From an uncultured Gammaproteobacteria bacterium (GTDB lineage: Bacteria; Pseudomonadota; Gammaproteobacteria; Magnimaribacterales; D2472): a stretch of 64,000 nucleotides of DNA. The first letter of the stretch is position 1; each line of letters opens with the position of its first letter. Shown here in pieces: positions 12,193-23,349 of this stretch. The DNA lies in the NCBI GenBank assembly GCA_964417685.1, contig CAYQIT010000002.1, forward strand, positions 1,593 through 65,592, read 5' to 3'. Under the pieces are notes generated by a model. The model was not told the origin of the DNA. It ran no database searches and worked only from the letters and a program-made list of their open reading frames with translations. The position numbers and the translations under genes are program-made.

Positions 12193-14295
12193 ATGGCTAG
12201 ACAAATTGTTTTAAATAAATATCGTAATGTTGGTATATGTGCTCACGTAGACGCGGGTAAAACTACAACTACAGAAAGAGTTCTATTTTATACAGGATTA
12301 TCTCACAAAATCGGTGAAGTTCACGATGGCGCTGCCACCATGGACTGGATGGAACAAGAGCAAGAAAGAGGTATTACCATTACATCTGCTGCAACTACAT
12401 GTTTTTGGAGTGGTATGGAGCAACAATTTCCTCAGCATAGAATAAACATTATTGATACTCCAGGCCACGTTGATTTTACAATTGAGGTAGAAAGATCATT
12501 GAGGGTGTTAGATGGCGCAGTTGTAGTATTTTGTGGGACATCTGGAGTTGAGCCGCAATCAGAAACTGTTTGGAGACAGGCTAATAGGTATGAAGTCCCA
12601 AGAGTGGTATTTGTTAACAAAATGGATAGAGCTGGTGCAAACTTTGAGAGAGTTGTTCAACAAATTAAAGACAGGCTACAAGCAAATATTGTTCCAATTC
12701 AATATAACATTGGTGCTGAAGATGACTTCAAAGGTGTTGTTGATCTAATAAATATGAGAGCAATATACTGGAATGAAGAAGATCAAGGTTTAACTTTCGA
12801 CTCCAAAGAAATTCCAGAAGATCTCCTAGATAAATGCACACAATTAAGAGAAGAAATGCTTGAAGCTGCTGCTGAAGCAAATGAAGAACTTATGGATGCT
12901 TATCTTGAGAGCGGTGATTTATCAGTAGAGCAAATAAAAGAAGGTTTAAGGATCAGGTCTTTAGCAAATGAGGTTATTGTTGGTTTATGCGGATCTGCTT
13001 TTAAGAATAAAGGTGTCCAAGCTATGCTTGATGCAGTAGTTGAATATTTGCCTGCGCCTGATGAAGTCAAAGCTATTAAAGGTGTAATACCAAACAACTC
13101 TCAAGAAGACGAAGAAGAAGATTCAAGAAAATCTTCCGATGATGAGCCCTTTTCAGCACTTGCTTTTAAAATCGCAACAGATCCATTTGTTGGAACTTTG
13201 ACTTTTATTAGAGTCTATTCAGGCGTGTTGTCAGTTGGTGATGCTGTAATCAATTCAACTAAATCTAAAAAAGAAAGAGTTGGGCGAATGGTTCAAATGC
13301 ATTCAAATAACAGAGAAGAAATCAAAGAAGTAAGAGCGGGGGATATTGCTGCATGTATTGGACTAAAAGATATTACCACTGGTGATACCTTATCAGATTC
13401 TAATAGCCCAATAGTATTAGAAAGAATGGATTTTCCTGAACCTGTCATATCTGTAGCAGTTGAGCCTAAATCAAAACCAGATCAAGAAAAAATGTCACTT
13501 GCGCTTGGAAAGTTAGCTCAAGAAGATCCTTCATTTAGAGTAGCAAGCGATGAAGAGTCTGGTCAAACCATCATATCTGGAATGGGAGAGCTCCACTTAG
13601 ACGTTCTGGTTGATAGAATGAGAAGAGAATTTTCTGTGGAGGCTAATATTGGTAAGCCACAAGTGGCATACAGAGAAACTATTAAAGAAACAGTTGAAGT
13701 TGAGGGTAAATTTGTTCGTCAAAGTGGTGGTAAAGGACAGTATGGTCATGTTTGGTTAAAGCTTGAACCATTAGGCTTAGACGATGAATACGAATTTGTA
13801 GACAAGATTGTAGGTGGAGTAATTCCAAAAGAATATATACCTGCTGTAAATAAAGGCATTCAAGAACAAATGCAAAATGGAGTTATTGCAGGTTATCCAT
13901 TGTTAGCTCTGAGAGCTACACTATATGATGGATCTTTTCATGATGTTGATTCTAATGAAATGGCATTCAAGATTGCGGGTTCAATGGCTTTAAAGGAAGG
14001 CGCTAACAAAGCAAAGCCTGCTTTGCTTGAGCCAGTAATGAAAGTTGTAGTTGTAACACCTGAAGAGCATATGGGTGATGTTGTAGGTGATCTCAATAGA
14101 AGAAGGGGAATAATATTAGGTATGGATGACATTACTTCTGGTAAAGAAGTTTCATCTGAAGTTCCTCTTGCAGAAATGTTTGGATATGCAACTGATTTAA
14201 GATCAGCAACCCAAGGTAGGGCAACTTTTACTATGGAATTTACTAAGTACGGTGAGGTCCCAAGTAATATAGCTGAGCAACTAAAAACCTCTTAA
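12193..14295 (+). CDS. fusA: Elongation factor G
   Basis: [27 protein letters not shown]-motifs; 700 aa. Confidence 0.99.
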   Translation: MARQIVLNKYRNVGICAHVDAGKTTTTERVLFYTGLSHKIGEVHDGAATMDWMEQEQERGITITSAATTCFWSGMEQQFPQHRINIIDTPGHVDFTIEVERSLRVLDGAVVVFCGTSGVEPQSETVWRQANRYEVPRVVFVNKMDRAGANFERVVQQIKDRLQANIVPIQYNIGAEDDFKGVVDLINMRAIYWNEEDQGLTFDSKEIPEDLLDKCTQLREEMLEAAAEANEELMDAYLESGDLSVEQIKEGLRIRSLANEVIVGLCGSAFKNKGVQAMLDAVVEYLPAPDEVKAIKGVIPNNSQEDEEEDSRKSSDDEPFSALAFKIATDPFVGTLTFIRVYSGVLSVGDAVINSTKSKKERVGRMVQMHSNNREEIKEVRAGDIAACIGLKDITTGDTLSDSNSPIVLERMDFPEPVISVAVEPKSKPDQEKMSLALGKLAQEDPSFRVASDEESGQTIISGMGELHLDVLVDRMRREFSVEANIGKPQVAYRETIKETVEVEGKFVRQSGGKGQYGHVWLKLEPLGLDDEYEFVDKIVGGVIPKEYIPAVNKGIQEQMQNGVIAGYPLLALRATLYDGSFHDVDSNEMAFKIAGSMALKEGANKAKPALLEPVMKVVVVTPEEHMGDVVGDLNRRRGIILGMDDITSGKEVSSEVPLAEMFGYATDLRSATQGRATFTMEFTKYGEVPSNIAEQLKTS

Positions 14296-14326
14296 AAATA
14301 TATAAAATAAAACTGCTTCATTTATA

Positions 14327-14360
14327 TTGACAGTTGGGTAATTAGAAGCTTAGAATACGC
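14327..14360 (+). promoter_or_regulatory. sigma70 promoter of S10 cluster
   Basis: TTGACA (14327-32), 18-nt spacer, TAGAAT (14351-56), then ACGC. Confidence 0.75.
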
Positions 14361-14423
14361 CACATTTTGCGATTTGCTTAATGTGAAAGAAAATTTTTAT
14401 AGGTATTAATTTAAAGGAAAAAA

Positions 14424-14735
14424 ATGGAGAACCAATCAATAAGAATAAGGCTTAAGGCTTTCGATTATAGACTGATTGATGCTTCAGCTAAATTAATAGT
14501 AGAAACAGTAAAAAAAACTGGAGCTGTTATTAATGGGCCTATTCCATTACCTGTTAAAAAGGAGAAAACAACAATCTTGAAATCTCCTCATAAAGATAAA
14601 GATGCAAGAGATCAATATGAGATTGTTACTTATAAAAGACTTATGGATATAGTCAAACCAACTGATAAAACAGTTGATGCTTTAATGAAATTAGATCTAT
14701 CTTCAGGGGTGGACGTTCAAATAAGCTTAGGCTAA
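14424..14735 (+). CDS. rpsJ: 30S ribosomal protein S10
   Basis: [29 protein letters not shown]. Confidence 0.99.
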   Translation: MENQSIRIRLKAFDYRLIDASAKLIVETVKKTGAVINGPIPLPVKKEKTTILKSPHKDKDARDQYEIVTYKRLMDIVKPTDKTVDALMKLDLSSGVDVQISLG

Positions 14736-14741
14736 TTCATT

Positions 14742-14783
14742 TATAACGCGAATGCGGCCATAGAGGGTTATAAGCCCCGTATA
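14742..14783 (+). ncRNA. Candidate structured cis-regulatory RNA (23S rRNA H18-H20-like) in rpsJ-rplC spacer
   Basis: Outer stem TATA(A)CG/CGTATA, inner hairpin GGGTT-ATA-AGCCC, GC-rich core TGCGGCCATAG in an otherwise AT-rich spacer; abuts the rplC SD (see finding). Confidence 0.6.
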
Positions 14784-14795
14784 TAGGAGAGAAAA

Positions 14796-15431
14796 TTGAG
14801 TTTAGGCTTAATAGGAAATAAATCTGGAATGTCTCGTCTTTTTCTTGAAGATGGAGAATCTGTTCCTGTTACCGCAGTATCTGTTTGCGGTAATTTTGTA
14901 GCTGATATCAAAACAACAGAAAAAGATGGTTATTCATCATTAGTTGTTTCAAAGACAAAGAAATCAAATAACGTAAATAAATCAAAGAGCGAGTTCTTCA
15001 AAAAGGTTAATCTAAATCCAGGTATTCTTGCAGAATTTAGGTGTGATTCAGATCAGGCTGAAGAATATGCTGTTGGTAAACATTTAACAGCTGATATGTT
15101 CAAAGTTGGTCAATATGTTGATGTTACAGGAACATCGAAAGGTAAAGGTTATGCCGGGGTCATTAAAAGACATAACTTTGCTATGCAAGACGCTACTCAT
15201 GGTAACTCACTATCTCATAGAGCTCACGGCTCAATTGGTCAATGTCAAACCCCAGGAAGAGTCTGGAAAGGTAAAAAGATGTCAGGCCATATGGGTAATG
15301 TGCAAAAAACTGTTCAGAACTTAAAAATAGTTGATTTAGATATTGAGAATAACATCATTTATATTAAAGGAGCAGTTCCAGGCTTCAATGGTGCAGACCT
15401 AAAAATTAAACCTTCGCTAAAAAGATCATGA
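14796..15431 (+). CDS. rplC: 50S ribosomal protein L3 (TTG start)
   Basis: [35 protein letters not shown]; SD AGGAGA. Confidence 0.99.
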   Translation: MSLGLIGNKSGMSRLFLEDGESVPVTAVSVCGNFVADIKTTEKDGYSSLVVSKTKKSNNVNKSKSEFFKKVNLNPGILAEFRCDSDQAEEYAVGKHLTADMFKVGQYVDVTGTSKGKGYAGVIKRHNFAMQDATHGNSLSHRAHGSIGQCQTPGRVWKGKKMSGHMGNVQKTVQNLKIVDLDIENNIIYIKGAVPGFNGADLKIKPSLKRS

Positions 15432-16042
15432 AAATAGACTTATTATCAACAACAAAAAAACAGAACATAGATATATCTGATTCTGCTTTTGGAAGAGACT
15501 TTAATGAATCTCTTGTTCATCAGGCTGTTGTAAGCTACATGGCTGGTTCAAGACAGGGAACTTCTCAACAAAAGACTAGATCTGATGTTAGAGGTGGCGG
15601 TAAAAAACCTTATAGACAAAAGGGAACAGGAAGAGCTAGAGCAGGTACTATCAGAAGTCCACTTTGGAGAGGTGGTGGTGTAGCCTTTGCTTCTAGACCA
15701 AGAGACTATAGCAAGAAGATCAATAAGAAAATGTATAGAGCTGCTATAAGATCTATATTTTCTGAGTTACTTAGACAAGAGAAACTCGTTGCTATCGAAA
15801 ATCCTGTTTTAGACAAACCAAAAACAAAAGAAATAGCAAAATTTTTGAGTGAATTTTCATTAAGTAAGGTCCTAATTATTACTGATGAGATAGACATCAA
15901 TCTATTTTTATCTGTAAGAAATATTCCAAATGTAGATGTAATAACTGTGAGAGAGATCAATCCAGTTATTTTGCTCAAGGCTCAAAAAGTAGCAGTAACT
16001 GCCGAAGCATTTAAACAAATTGAGGAGTGGGTAGATGCATAA
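15428..16042 (+). CDS. rplD: 50S ribosomal protein L4
   Basis: [19 protein letters not shown]. Confidence 0.99.
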   Translation: MKIDLLSTTKKQNIDISDSAFGRDFNESLVHQAVVSYMAGSRQGTSQQKTRSDVRGGGKKPYRQKGTGRARAGTIRSPLWRGGGVAFASRPRDYSKKINKKMYRAAIRSIFSELLRQEKLVAIENPVLDKPKTKEIAKFLSEFSLSKVLIITDEIDINLFLSVRNIPNVDVITVREINPVILLKAQKVAVTAEAFKQIEEWVDA

Positions 16043-16331
16043 CGAAAAATTATACACATTGATTCAAGCCCCAATAGTTACTGAAAAATCTTCTCGATTA
16101 GGTGAAGAGCTTAAGCAATTTGTTTTTAAAGTAGATCTTTCAGCAAATAAAAGAGAGATCAAACAAGCCGTAGAAAAACTTTTTAAAGTTGAAGTTCTAA
16201 AAGTTACTACTTCAATAGTAAAGGGTAAAAAGAAAAGAAATAGAACGGGAATTTACAAGAGATCAAATTATAAAAAAGCTTTTGTAACTCTTGGAAAAGA
16301 TTCTGAAATACAACTTGAGGGTATTAATTAA
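16035..16331 (+). CDS. rplW: 50S ribosomal protein L23
   Basis: [31 protein letters not shown]. Confidence 0.97.
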   Translation: MHNEKLYTLIQAPIVTEKSSRLGEELKQFVFKVDLSANKREIKQAVEKLFKVEVLKVTTSIVKGKKKRNRTGIYKRSNYKKAFVTLGKDSEIQLEGIN

Positions 16332-16333
16332 TC

Positions 16334-17161
16334 ATGCCAGTAATAAAAGCAAAACCTACAAGTCCAGGAAGACGGGGCGTAATATCCGTCAAAACTGACT
16401 TATATAAAGGGAAACCACTCAAATCTTTAATTCAGCCTAAATCAAAAAATGGTGGAAGAAATAATAATGGCCGAATTACCGTAAGGCATCAAGGTGGCGG
16501 CCACAAACAACATTACAGAATTATAGACTTTAAGAGAAATAAATTAGATATTCCAGCTACTGTAGAGAGATTAGAATATGATCCAAATAGATCTGCTCAC
16601 ATAGCTCTCCTTAAGTATAAAGACGGCGAAAGAAGATATATTATTGCCCCATCTAAGTTAAATGTTGGCGATGAAGTTATTTCTGCTGAGAAGTGTGAAA
16701 TCAAAGTCGGCAATTCAATGAAATTAAAAGACATACCTCTCGGAACCAATGTTCATTGTGTGGAACTTAAACCACTGAAAGGGGCGCAGCTTGCAAGAAG
16801 TGCTGGCACTTCAGCCAGACTGATCGCAAAAGAGGGTATATATGCAACTTTAAGACTTCAATCAGGTGAAACAAGAAAGGTTCTTTGGGAATGTAGGGCA
16901 ACATTAGGAGTTGTATCAAACCAGGAAAATAATCTTAAGTCACTTGGTAAAGCTGGAGCTAAAAGATGGAGAGGTGTTAGACCAACTGTCAGAGGTGTTG
17001 CTATGAACCCTGTTGACCATCCACATGGTGGTGGTGAAGGTAGAACATCAGGTGGAAGACATCCATCAACGCCTTGGGGTGTTCCTACTAAGGGTTACAA
17101 GACTAGAAAAAATCAAAGAACTGACGATTTAATTATTAGAAGAAGAGGAAGTAGAAAGTAA
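16334..17161 (+). CDS. rplB: 50S ribosomal protein L2
   Basis: [30 protein letters not shown]. Confidence 0.99.
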   Translation: MPVIKAKPTSPGRRGVISVKTDLYKGKPLKSLIQPKSKNGGRNNNGRITVRHQGGGHKQHYRIIDFKRNKLDIPATVERLEYDPNRSAHIALLKYKDGERRYIIAPSKLNVGDEVISAEKCEIKVGNSMKLKDIPLGTNVHCVELKPLKGAQLARSAGTSARLIAKEGIYATLRLQSGETRKVLWECRATLGVVSNQENNLKSLGKAGAKRWRGVRPTVRGVAMNPVDHPHGGGEGRTSGGRHPSTPWGVPTKGYKTRKNQRTDDLIIRRRGSRK

Positions 17162-17162
17162 A

Positions 17163-17435
17163 ATGCCAAGATCACTAAAAAAAGGTCCATTTATAGATTT
17201 ATCCCTTGAAAAAAAGGTTGAAGCAGCAGTTGCATCAAATGACAAGAGGCCAATTAAAACTTGGTCAAGAAGATCTATGATTAATCCATCTATGGTTGGA
17301 TTAACTATTGCTGTTCATAACGGAAGACAACATGTTCCTGTATATGTCAATGAGGATATGGTAGGTCATAAGCTTGGTGAATTTTCTCTTACTCGTACAT
17401 TCAAAATGCACTCAGGTGACAGGAAGGCTAAATAA
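17163..17435 (+). CDS. rpsS: 30S ribosomal protein S19
   Basis: [18 protein letters not shown]. Confidence 0.99.
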   Translation: MPRSLKKGPFIDLSLEKKVEAAVASNDKRPIKTWSRRSMINPSMVGLTIAVHNGRQHVPVYVNEDMVGHKLGEFSLTRTFKMHSGDRKAK

Positions 17436-17773
17436 TGGAAACAAGAGCTTATTTAAAAGGAACAAGACTATCGCCCCAAAAAGCTGGGCTTGTTGCTGAC
17501 GCAATTAGAGGTAAATCAGTCCAAGATGCTATGGATTTTTTAGGCTTTAACAAACAGAAAGGCGCAGCTGTAATTAAAAAGCTTCTAGAGTCTGCTATTG
17601 CTAATGCTGAGCATAATGATAAAGCAGACATAGACTTATTATCAGTTAAATCAATTATCGTAAATCAAGGCATGAGACTTAAAAGAATGAAACCAAGAGC
17701 TAGAGGCAGAGCTGATAGGATTATTAAACCAACATGCCACATAGAAATTATTTTATCCGAGGGTAGTAAATAA
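17435..17773 (+). CDS. rplV: 50S ribosomal protein L22
   Basis: [23 protein letters not shown]. Confidence 0.98.
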   Translation: METRAYLKGTRLSPQKAGLVADAIRGKSVQDAMDFLGFNKQKGAAVIKKLLESAIANAEHNDKADIDLLSVKSIIVNQGMRLKRMKPRARGRADRIIKPTCHIEIILSEGSK

Positions 17774-18429
17774 TGGGACAAAAAGTAAATCCAACTGGCT
17801 TTAGATTAGGTACCAGTAAAAAGCAAAATGCTAATTGGTATGCAAAAGGAAAGGCTTTTTCTGAGAACTTAATTCAAGATCTTAAAGTAAGAGAATACTT
17901 TAAGGTAAAACTTAAGAATTCATCAATAAGCAAAATTGAATTAGAAAGATCTGCAGAAAATTTTGTTGTTTCAATTTTTACATCTAGACCAGGAATCATT
18001 ATTGGTAAGCGTGGTGAGGAGATAGAAAATTTAAAGAAAGCTGTTGAAAAAATTGTCAAGAAACCAGCTCAAATAAACATTAAAGAGGTAAAAAAACCTG
18101 ACCTAGATGCAACTATTCTTGCTGAAGGAATAGCTCAGCAATTAGAAAGAAGGGTAATGTTTAGAAGGGCAATGAAGAGAACAGTACAAAGCGCTCTGAG
18201 GCAAAGTGCTAAAGGTGTAAGAGTTGAAGTATCTGGAAGATTAAATGGTGCAGAAATTGCAAGAACCGAATGGTACAGAGAGGGAAGGGTGCCACTGCAT
18301 ACCTTAAGAGCTGATATAGATTATGGAACAGCTGAAGCATTGACTACTTACGGAATAATTGGTGTGAAGGTTTGGGTATTCAAGGGTGAGACCACTGAAG
18401 ATCCATATAAAGTTGATCAAGGAAATTAA
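17773..18429 (+). CDS. rpsC: 30S ribosomal protein S3
   Basis: [32 protein letters not shown]. Confidence 0.99.
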   Translation: MGQKVNPTGFRLGTSKKQNANWYAKGKAFSENLIQDLKVREYFKVKLKNSSISKIELERSAENFVVSIFTSRPGIIIGKRGEEIENLKKAVEKIVKKPAQINIKEVKKPDLDATILAEGIAQQLERRVMFRRAMKRTVQSALRQSAKGVRVEVSGRLNGAEIARTEWYREGRVPLHTLRADIDYGTAEALTTYGIIGVKVWVFKGETTEDPYKVDQGN

Positions 18430-18434
18430 GCATT

Positions 18435-18845
18435 ATGTTACAGCCAAAACAAACAAAATTTAGGAAAATGCATAAAGGCAGAAATAGAGGCCTTGCACAA
18501 AATGGTAATACTGTTGCTTTTGGAAGATTTGGTTTGGTGGCTTCTGGCAGAGGAAGAATTACTGCTAGACAAATTGAAGCAGCCAGAAGAGCAATGACAA
18601 GACATATTAAAAGGGGCGGTAATATTTGGATAAGAATCTTTCCAGACAAACCAATAACCAAAAAGCCTTTAGAAGTAAGAATGGGTAAGGGTAAAGGAAA
18701 TGTCGAATACTGGGTTGCTTTAGTTCAGCCTGGAAAAGTGATGTTTGAAATGGCCGGAGTTTCTGAAGAATTAGCTAGAGAAGCTTTCAAGCTTGCATCA
18801 GCTAAGCTTCCAGTTAAAACCCATTTCATAAGCAAGGACGTATAA
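18435..18845 (+). CDS. rplP: 50S ribosomal protein L16
   Basis: [18 protein letters not shown]. Confidence 0.99.
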   Translation: MLQPKQTKFRKMHKGRNRGLAQNGNTVAFGRFGLVASGRGRITARQIEAARRAMTRHIKRGGNIWIRIFPDKPITKKPLEVRMGKGKGNVEYWVALVQPGKVMFEMAGVSEELAREAFKLASAKLPVKTHFISKDV

Positions 18846-19052
18846 ATGAATAAAGAATTTGCTGAATTAAAAAACAAAAGCTCTAAAGAATTAGAAGCTG
18901 AGCTCATGGTTGCTAGAGAAGATCAGTTTACGCTGAAAATCAAACATAAAACTGGTCAATTGAATGAGACAAGTCAGCTTGGAGACGTAAAAAAGAAAAT
19001 AGCTAGGATTAAAACATTGATTAATGCTAATAAATTAAAGGATGAAAAATAA
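18846..19052 (+). CDS. rpmC: 50S ribosomal protein L29
   Basis: 68 aa, TGQL...KKKIARIKT; position between rplP and rpsQ. Confidence 0.95.
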   Translation: MNKEFAELKNKSSKELEAELMVAREDQFTLKIKHKTGQLNETSQLGDVKKKIARIKTLINANKLKDEK

Positions 19053-19345
19053 TGGAAAATTCTAATCCAAGAATCTTGACAGGAGTTGTTACCAGTAACA
19101 AAGCTGATAAGACAATCACTGTTCAGATTGAAAGAAAAGTTAAGCATCCCTTGTATGGAAAGATTATTAAAAGATCAACTAAAGTCCATGCTCATGACGA
19201 AGAAAATAATGCATCAATAGGTGATGTTGTCACCGTTAAAGAATGTAAGCCTTTTTCTAAAACCAAAACATGGATTCTTGTTAATGATAATCAGGCTGAT
19301 AAATCTGAAACTGCAAAAGTTGCTGAAGTTGAGGAGAGTGAATAA
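19052..19345 (+). CDS. rpsQ: 30S ribosomal protein S17
   Basis: [26 protein letters not shown]; short acidic C-terminal tail. Confidence 0.98.
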   Translation: MENSNPRILTGVVTSNKADKTITVQIERKVKHPLYGKIIKRSTKVHAHDEENNASIGDVVTVKECKPFSKTKTWILVNDNQADKSETAKVAEVEESE

Positions 19346-19713
19346 TGATACAAATGCAATCACTTTTAAAAATCGCTGATAACAGCGGTGCTAGAAGCGT
19401 CATGTGTATAAAGGTTCTTGGCGGTTCAAAAAGAAGATACGCAAATATCGGCGACGTAATAAAAGTTGCTGTTAGAGAAGCTATCCCGACTGGAAAAGTT
19501 AAAAAAGGACAGGTTGTTGATGCGCTAATTGTAAGAACAAAAAAAGGCGTTAGAAGAAAAGATGGCTCTTTAATAAAATTTGATGAAAACGCAGCTGTTC
19601 TTATTAATAATCAGAAAGCTCCAATTGGAACGAGGGTGTTTGGGCCTGTTACAAGAGAATTAAGAGATGGCAAGCACATGAAAATATTGTCACTTGCCCC
19701 TGAGGTACTATAA
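19345..19713 (+). CDS. rplN: 50S ribosomal protein L14
   Basis: [21 protein letters not shown]. Confidence 0.99.
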   Translation: MIQMQSLLKIADNSGARSVMCIKVLGGSKRRYANIGDVIKVAVREAIPTGKVKKGQVVDALIVRTKKGVRRKDGSLIKFDENAAVLINNQKAPIGTRVFGPVTRELRDGKHMKILSLAPEVL

Positions 19714-19715
19714 AA

Positions 19716-20045
19716 ATGACAAATATTACTACTAAATTAAGAACTGGTGATGAGGTTGTTGTATTAGCCGGAAGAGATGTTGGTAAAACAGGAACTTTAA
19801 GAAAGATACTCAAATCTAAAAATAAAGGGATTGTTACAGGTGTAAATATGGTTAAAAAACATACCAAGCCAAATCCTGAAATGGGTGTCACTGGAGGAAT
19901 TGTTGAGCAAGAATCTTCCATTGATTTGTCTAATTTAGCAATCTGGAACTCTAAAACTAAGTTAAAAGATAAGATTGCTTATTCAGTTGATAAAGAAGGT
20001 AAAAAAATTAGATTATTCAAATCAAATAATAAAGAGATTAAATAA
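19716..20045 (+). CDS. rplX: 50S ribosomal protein L24
   Basis: KOW motif [16 protein letters not shown]; KKHTKP. Confidence 0.98.
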   Translation: MTNITTKLRTGDEVVVLAGRDVGKTGTLRKILKSKNKGIVTGVNMVKKHTKPNPEMGVTGGIVEQESSIDLSNLAIWNSKTKLKDKIAYSVDKEGKKIRLFKSNNKEIK

Positions 20046-20584
20046 TGTCAAATTTAAAAGAAACATACAAAAAAGACCTTGTTCCAGCATTACAAGAAAA
20101 GCTTGGAATACAAAATGTCATGGCCGTACCCAAGCTTACTAAAGTTGTAATTAACATGGGAGTTGGAGAGGCTGCCAATGATAAAAAACATCTTGAATCT
20201 GCTGTGCAAAATTTAACTGCTATTGCTGGACAAAAACCTGTGGTAACAAAAGCAAGAAAATCAGTAGCAAGTTTTAAGATAAGAGAAGGTTGGCCTTTGG
20301 GCTGCAAAGTTACTCTTAGGGGTGACAAAATGTATGAATTTATGGAAAGGCTAATTAATATAGCAATTCCAAGAGAAAGAGATTTTAGAGGCCTAAATTC
20401 AAAATCATTTGATGGGCAGGGTAATTATAATTTTGGAATTAAAGAACAGATTATCTTTCCAGAGATTAATTACGACAATATTGACAATATTAGAGGTATG
20501 GATGTTTGTATTAATACATCTGCAACAAACAAAGAACATGCTAAGGCGCTACTAGAAGCTTTAGAGTTTCCATTTAAAAAATAG
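20045..20584 (+). CDS. rplE: 50S ribosomal protein L5
   Basis: [27 protein letters not shown]. Confidence 0.99.
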   Translation: MSNLKETYKKDLVPALQEKLGIQNVMAVPKLTKVVINMGVGEAANDKKHLESAVQNLTAIAGQKPVVTKARKSVASFKIREGWPLGCKVTLRGDKMYEFMERLINIAIPRERDFRGLNSKSFDGQGNYNFGIKEQIIFPEINYDNIDNIRGMDVCINTSATNKEHAKALLEALEFPFKK

Positions 20585-20594
20585 GTATAAATTT

Positions 20595-20900
20595 ATGGCA
20601 AAGAAATCAATGATTGCAAGAGAGCATAAAAGAATAAAAACTGTTGCGAAATATGCTGCAAAAAGAGCAGAACTTAAAGCAATATTTTCTGATCTCAGTT
20701 TGCCGAGCGAAGAGAGATATGAGGCATATAAGAAGTTTCAAAAACTTCCTAGGAATGCTAGTCCCTCAAGAGTTGTTAGAAGATGTCAGGTTACTGGAAG
20801 ACCTCATGCTGTATATAGAAAATTTGGGCTTAGCAGAATTAAGCTTAGAGAAGCAGCTATGAGAGGAGATATTCCAGGTTTAGTTAAATCAAGTTGGTAA
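20595..20900 (+). CDS. rpsN: 30S ribosomal protein S14 (101-aa, non-zinc form)
   Basis: [30 protein letters not shown]. Confidence 0.98.
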   Translation: MAKKSMIAREHKRIKTVAKYAAKRAELKAIFSDLSLPSEERYEAYKKFQKLPRNASPSRVVRRCQVTGRPHAVYRKFGLSRIKLREAAMRGDIPGLVKSSW

Positions 20901-20904
20901 AATT

Positions 20905-21300
20905 ATGAGTTTTCAAGATCCTATTTCAGATTGTTTAACAAGAATACGTAACGGATTAATGCGTGGTAAGAAAGACGTGCATGCTCCCTACTCAAAACTC
21001 AAACATCAGTTGGTAGATGTTTTAGTTAGTGAGGGTTATCTCAAGGGCTGTGAGAAAGTCGAAAGCGATGGAAAGCCAGCTATAAAAATCACTTTAAAAT
21101 ACTTTAATGAAAAGCCAGTTATTCAAGATCTTATAAGAACTAGCAAGCCCAGCTTAAGAAAGTATTCAGCTGCCTCAGATCTTAAACAAGTTAAAAATGG
21201 TCTTGGATCATACATAGTATCAACTAATCAAGGCTTGATGACAGACAGAGATGCTAAGTCTAAGAATATTGGCGGCGAAATTTTGTGTGAGGTATTTTAA
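20905..21300 (+). CDS. rpsH: 30S ribosomal protein S8
   Basis: DPISDCLTRIRNG, SKPSLRKY, GGEILC. Confidence 0.98.
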   Translation: MSFQDPISDCLTRIRNGLMRGKKDVHAPYSKLKHQLVDVLVSEGYLKGCEKVESDGKPAIKITLKYFNEKPVIQDLIRTSKPSLRKYSAASDLKQVKNGLGSYIVSTNQGLMTDRDAKSKNIGGEILCEVF

Positions 21301-21846
21301 ATGTCAAGAGTTGCTAAAAATCCAATTACTATACCAGATGGAGTTACTCTAAATGTTGAGTCAAACTTAGTTAATGTCAAAGGCAAGCTTGGTGAGATGT
21401 CGTTTGAATTATCAGAATCAATTTCTTTGGACATCCAAGATAATATTGCATCAGTAAAATATGATGAGTCATCTAAACAATCTACTGCACTTGCAGGAAC
21501 ATCTAGAGCATTAATTAATAATATGGTTATTGGTGTTTCTGATGGATTTGAGAAAAAGCTTGAGCTTAAAGGAGTTGGATATAGAGCAAAGGCGTCAGGA
21601 AAACTGCTCGAACTAACTTTAGGCTTTTCACATCCTGTTAAATATCAATTACCTGAAGAAGTATCGGTTGAAACACCATCACAAACAGAAGTTGTTTTAA
21701 AGAGCTTTAATAAACAAGTTCTTGGTCAAGCTGCTGCAGAAATTAGGGCATTTAGACCTCCTGAGCCATATAAAGGTAAAGGGGTTAAATATGCAGATGA
21801 AAATATTAGAAGAAAAGAAGCTAAGAAAGCTGCTGGAGGCGCATAA
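21301..21846 (+). CDS. rplF: 50S ribosomal protein L6
   Basis: [20 protein letters not shown]. Confidence 0.99.
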   Translation: MSRVAKNPITIPDGVTLNVESNLVNVKGKLGEMSFELSESISLDIQDNIASVKYDESSKQSTALAGTSRALINNMVIGVSDGFEKKLELKGVGYRAKASGKLLELTLGFSHPVKYQLPEEVSVETPSQTEVVLKSFNKQVLGQAAAEIRAFRPPEPYKGKGVKYADENIRRKEAKKAAGGA

Positions 21847-22193
21847 TGAGTGTTAAAAATATTTCTAGGCTCAGAAGAGCAAAGAAAACTAGGATGAACA
21901 TAAGACATCAAGAAACACCTCGTCTTACTGTATATAGGTCCTCACAGCATTTTTATGCTCAAGTTTTTGATAGCTTAGGCTCTACAGTTATTGCATCTGC
22001 ATCAACAGTTGAAAAGGAAATCGAAGAAAAATCTAATAATGTTAAAGCTGCAGCTGCCGTAGGTAAGAAAGTGGCTGAACGAGCATTAGAGAGCGGAGTT
22101 AAAAAAGTAGTTTTTGATAGATCTGGTTACAAATATCATGGCCGAATAAAAGCACTTGCTGATTCAGCGAGAGACGCAGGCTTGGAGTTTTAA
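21846..22193 (+). CDS. rplR: 50S ribosomal protein L18
   Basis: [24 protein letters not shown]. Confidence 0.99.
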   Translation: MSVKNISRLRRAKKTRMNIRHQETPRLTVYRSSQHFYAQVFDSLGSTVIASASTVEKEIEEKSNNVKAAAAVGKKVAERALESGVKKVVFDRSGYKYHGRIKALADSARDAGLEF

Positions 22194-22201
22194 TAAATAC
22201 A

Positions 22202-22714
22202 ATGAAAGATAATAGAAATAATATAAACAATCAGCAACAAGATGCTCTTGAAGAAAAGTTAGTTCAAGTTAATAGGGTAGCCAAAGTTGTTAAAGGTGGA
22301 AGAATATTTGGATTTACTGCTCTGACTGTAGTTGGTGATGGCAATGGAAGAGTTGGCTTTGGAAGAGGTAAGGCTAAAGAAGTCCCAATTGCTATTCAAA
22401 AAGCCATGGAAAATGCACGAAGAAGCATGGTTGAGGTAGAGCTTAATAACACTACGATATGGTATCCAATCAAGGCAAAGCATGGCTCAGCTAATGTATA
22501 TATGCAACCTGCATCAGAGGGTACAGGTATTATTGCTGGTGGTGCCATGAGAGCAGTTCTAGAGCTTGCAGGAGTGCAAAATGTTTTAGCAAAGTGCTAC
22601 GGTTCAACCAATCCAGTTAATGTAGTAAGAGCAACTATTAATGCTTTGAGTGCTATGGAATCACCGGAAACAGTTGCTAGCAGAAGAGGAATTAAAGTAG
22701 AGCAAGTATCATGA
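22202..22714 (+). CDS. rpsE: 30S ribosomal protein S5
   Basis: [25 protein letters not shown]. Confidence 0.99.
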   Translation: MKDNRNNINNQQQDALEEKLVQVNRVAKVVKGGRIFGFTALTVVGDGNGRVGFGRGKAKEVPIAIQKAMENARRSMVEVELNNTTIWYPIKAKHGSANVYMQPASEGTGIIAGGAMRAVLELAGVQNVLAKCYGSTNPVNVVRATINALSAMESPETVASRRGIKVEQVS

Positions 22715-22896
22715 GCAAAGATAAAACAATAAATATAAAGCTAGTTAAAAGCGGAATTGGGAGAATGAAGTCCCATAAGCTTTGCATCAAAGGGCTTGGG
22801 TTTAAAAAATTAAATCAAACAGTAACTATTATTGATACTCCAAGCAACAGAGGAATGATTAATAAAATTTCAGATATGATTGAAATTCAGGAATAA
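22711..22896 (+). CDS. rpmD: 50S ribosomal protein L30
   Basis: 61 aa; [17 protein letters not shown]. Confidence 0.95.
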   Translation: MSKDKTINIKLVKSGIGRMKSHKLCIKGLGFKKLNQTVTIIDTPSNRGMINKISDMIEIQE

Positions 22897-22900
22897 TAAA

Positions 22901-23347
22901 ATGAGCGAAACAGATAATAATTTAGCCCTCAATACTATATCCGATGTAGCAACATCTAAGGACAAAAAGAGAGTTGGAAGAGGTATTGGATCTGGTACTG
23001 GAAAAACAGCTGGTAGAGGTCATAAAGGTCAAAAATCAAGATCAGGAGGAAATGTTAGGCGCGGTTTTGAGGGTGGGCAAATGCCTCTTCAACAAAGATT
23101 ACCTAAATTTGGTTTCTCTTCAAGAACAAATAATCACCTTAAGGATATTAATCTTAAATTAATTAATGGTATGGAAAAGGTAACTATAGAGACTTTAAAA
23201 GAAAAAAAAGTTATAGGAAAGTCTATTAAGAAAGTAAAAATCTATGGAGATTTTGAAGTTACATCAAAAATGTCTGTAGAGGGTATTAAGGTAACAAAGG
23301 GCGCAAAAGCATCAATTGAAAAAGCTGGAGGATCCATTAAGGAATAA
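22901..23347 (+). CDS. rplO: 50S ribosomal protein L15 (start moved to ATG 22901; track gives 22880)
   Basis: RVGRGIGSG, RGHKGQKSRSG, FEGGQMPL. Confidence 0.97.
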   Translation: MSETDNNLALNTISDVATSKDKKRVGRGIGSGTGKTAGRGHKGQKSRSGGNVRRGFEGGQMPLQQRLPKFGFSSRTNNHLKDINLKLINGMEKVTIETLKEKKVIGKSIKKVKIYGDFEVTSKMSVEGIKVTKGAKASIEKAGGSIKE

Positions 23348-23349
23348 TC

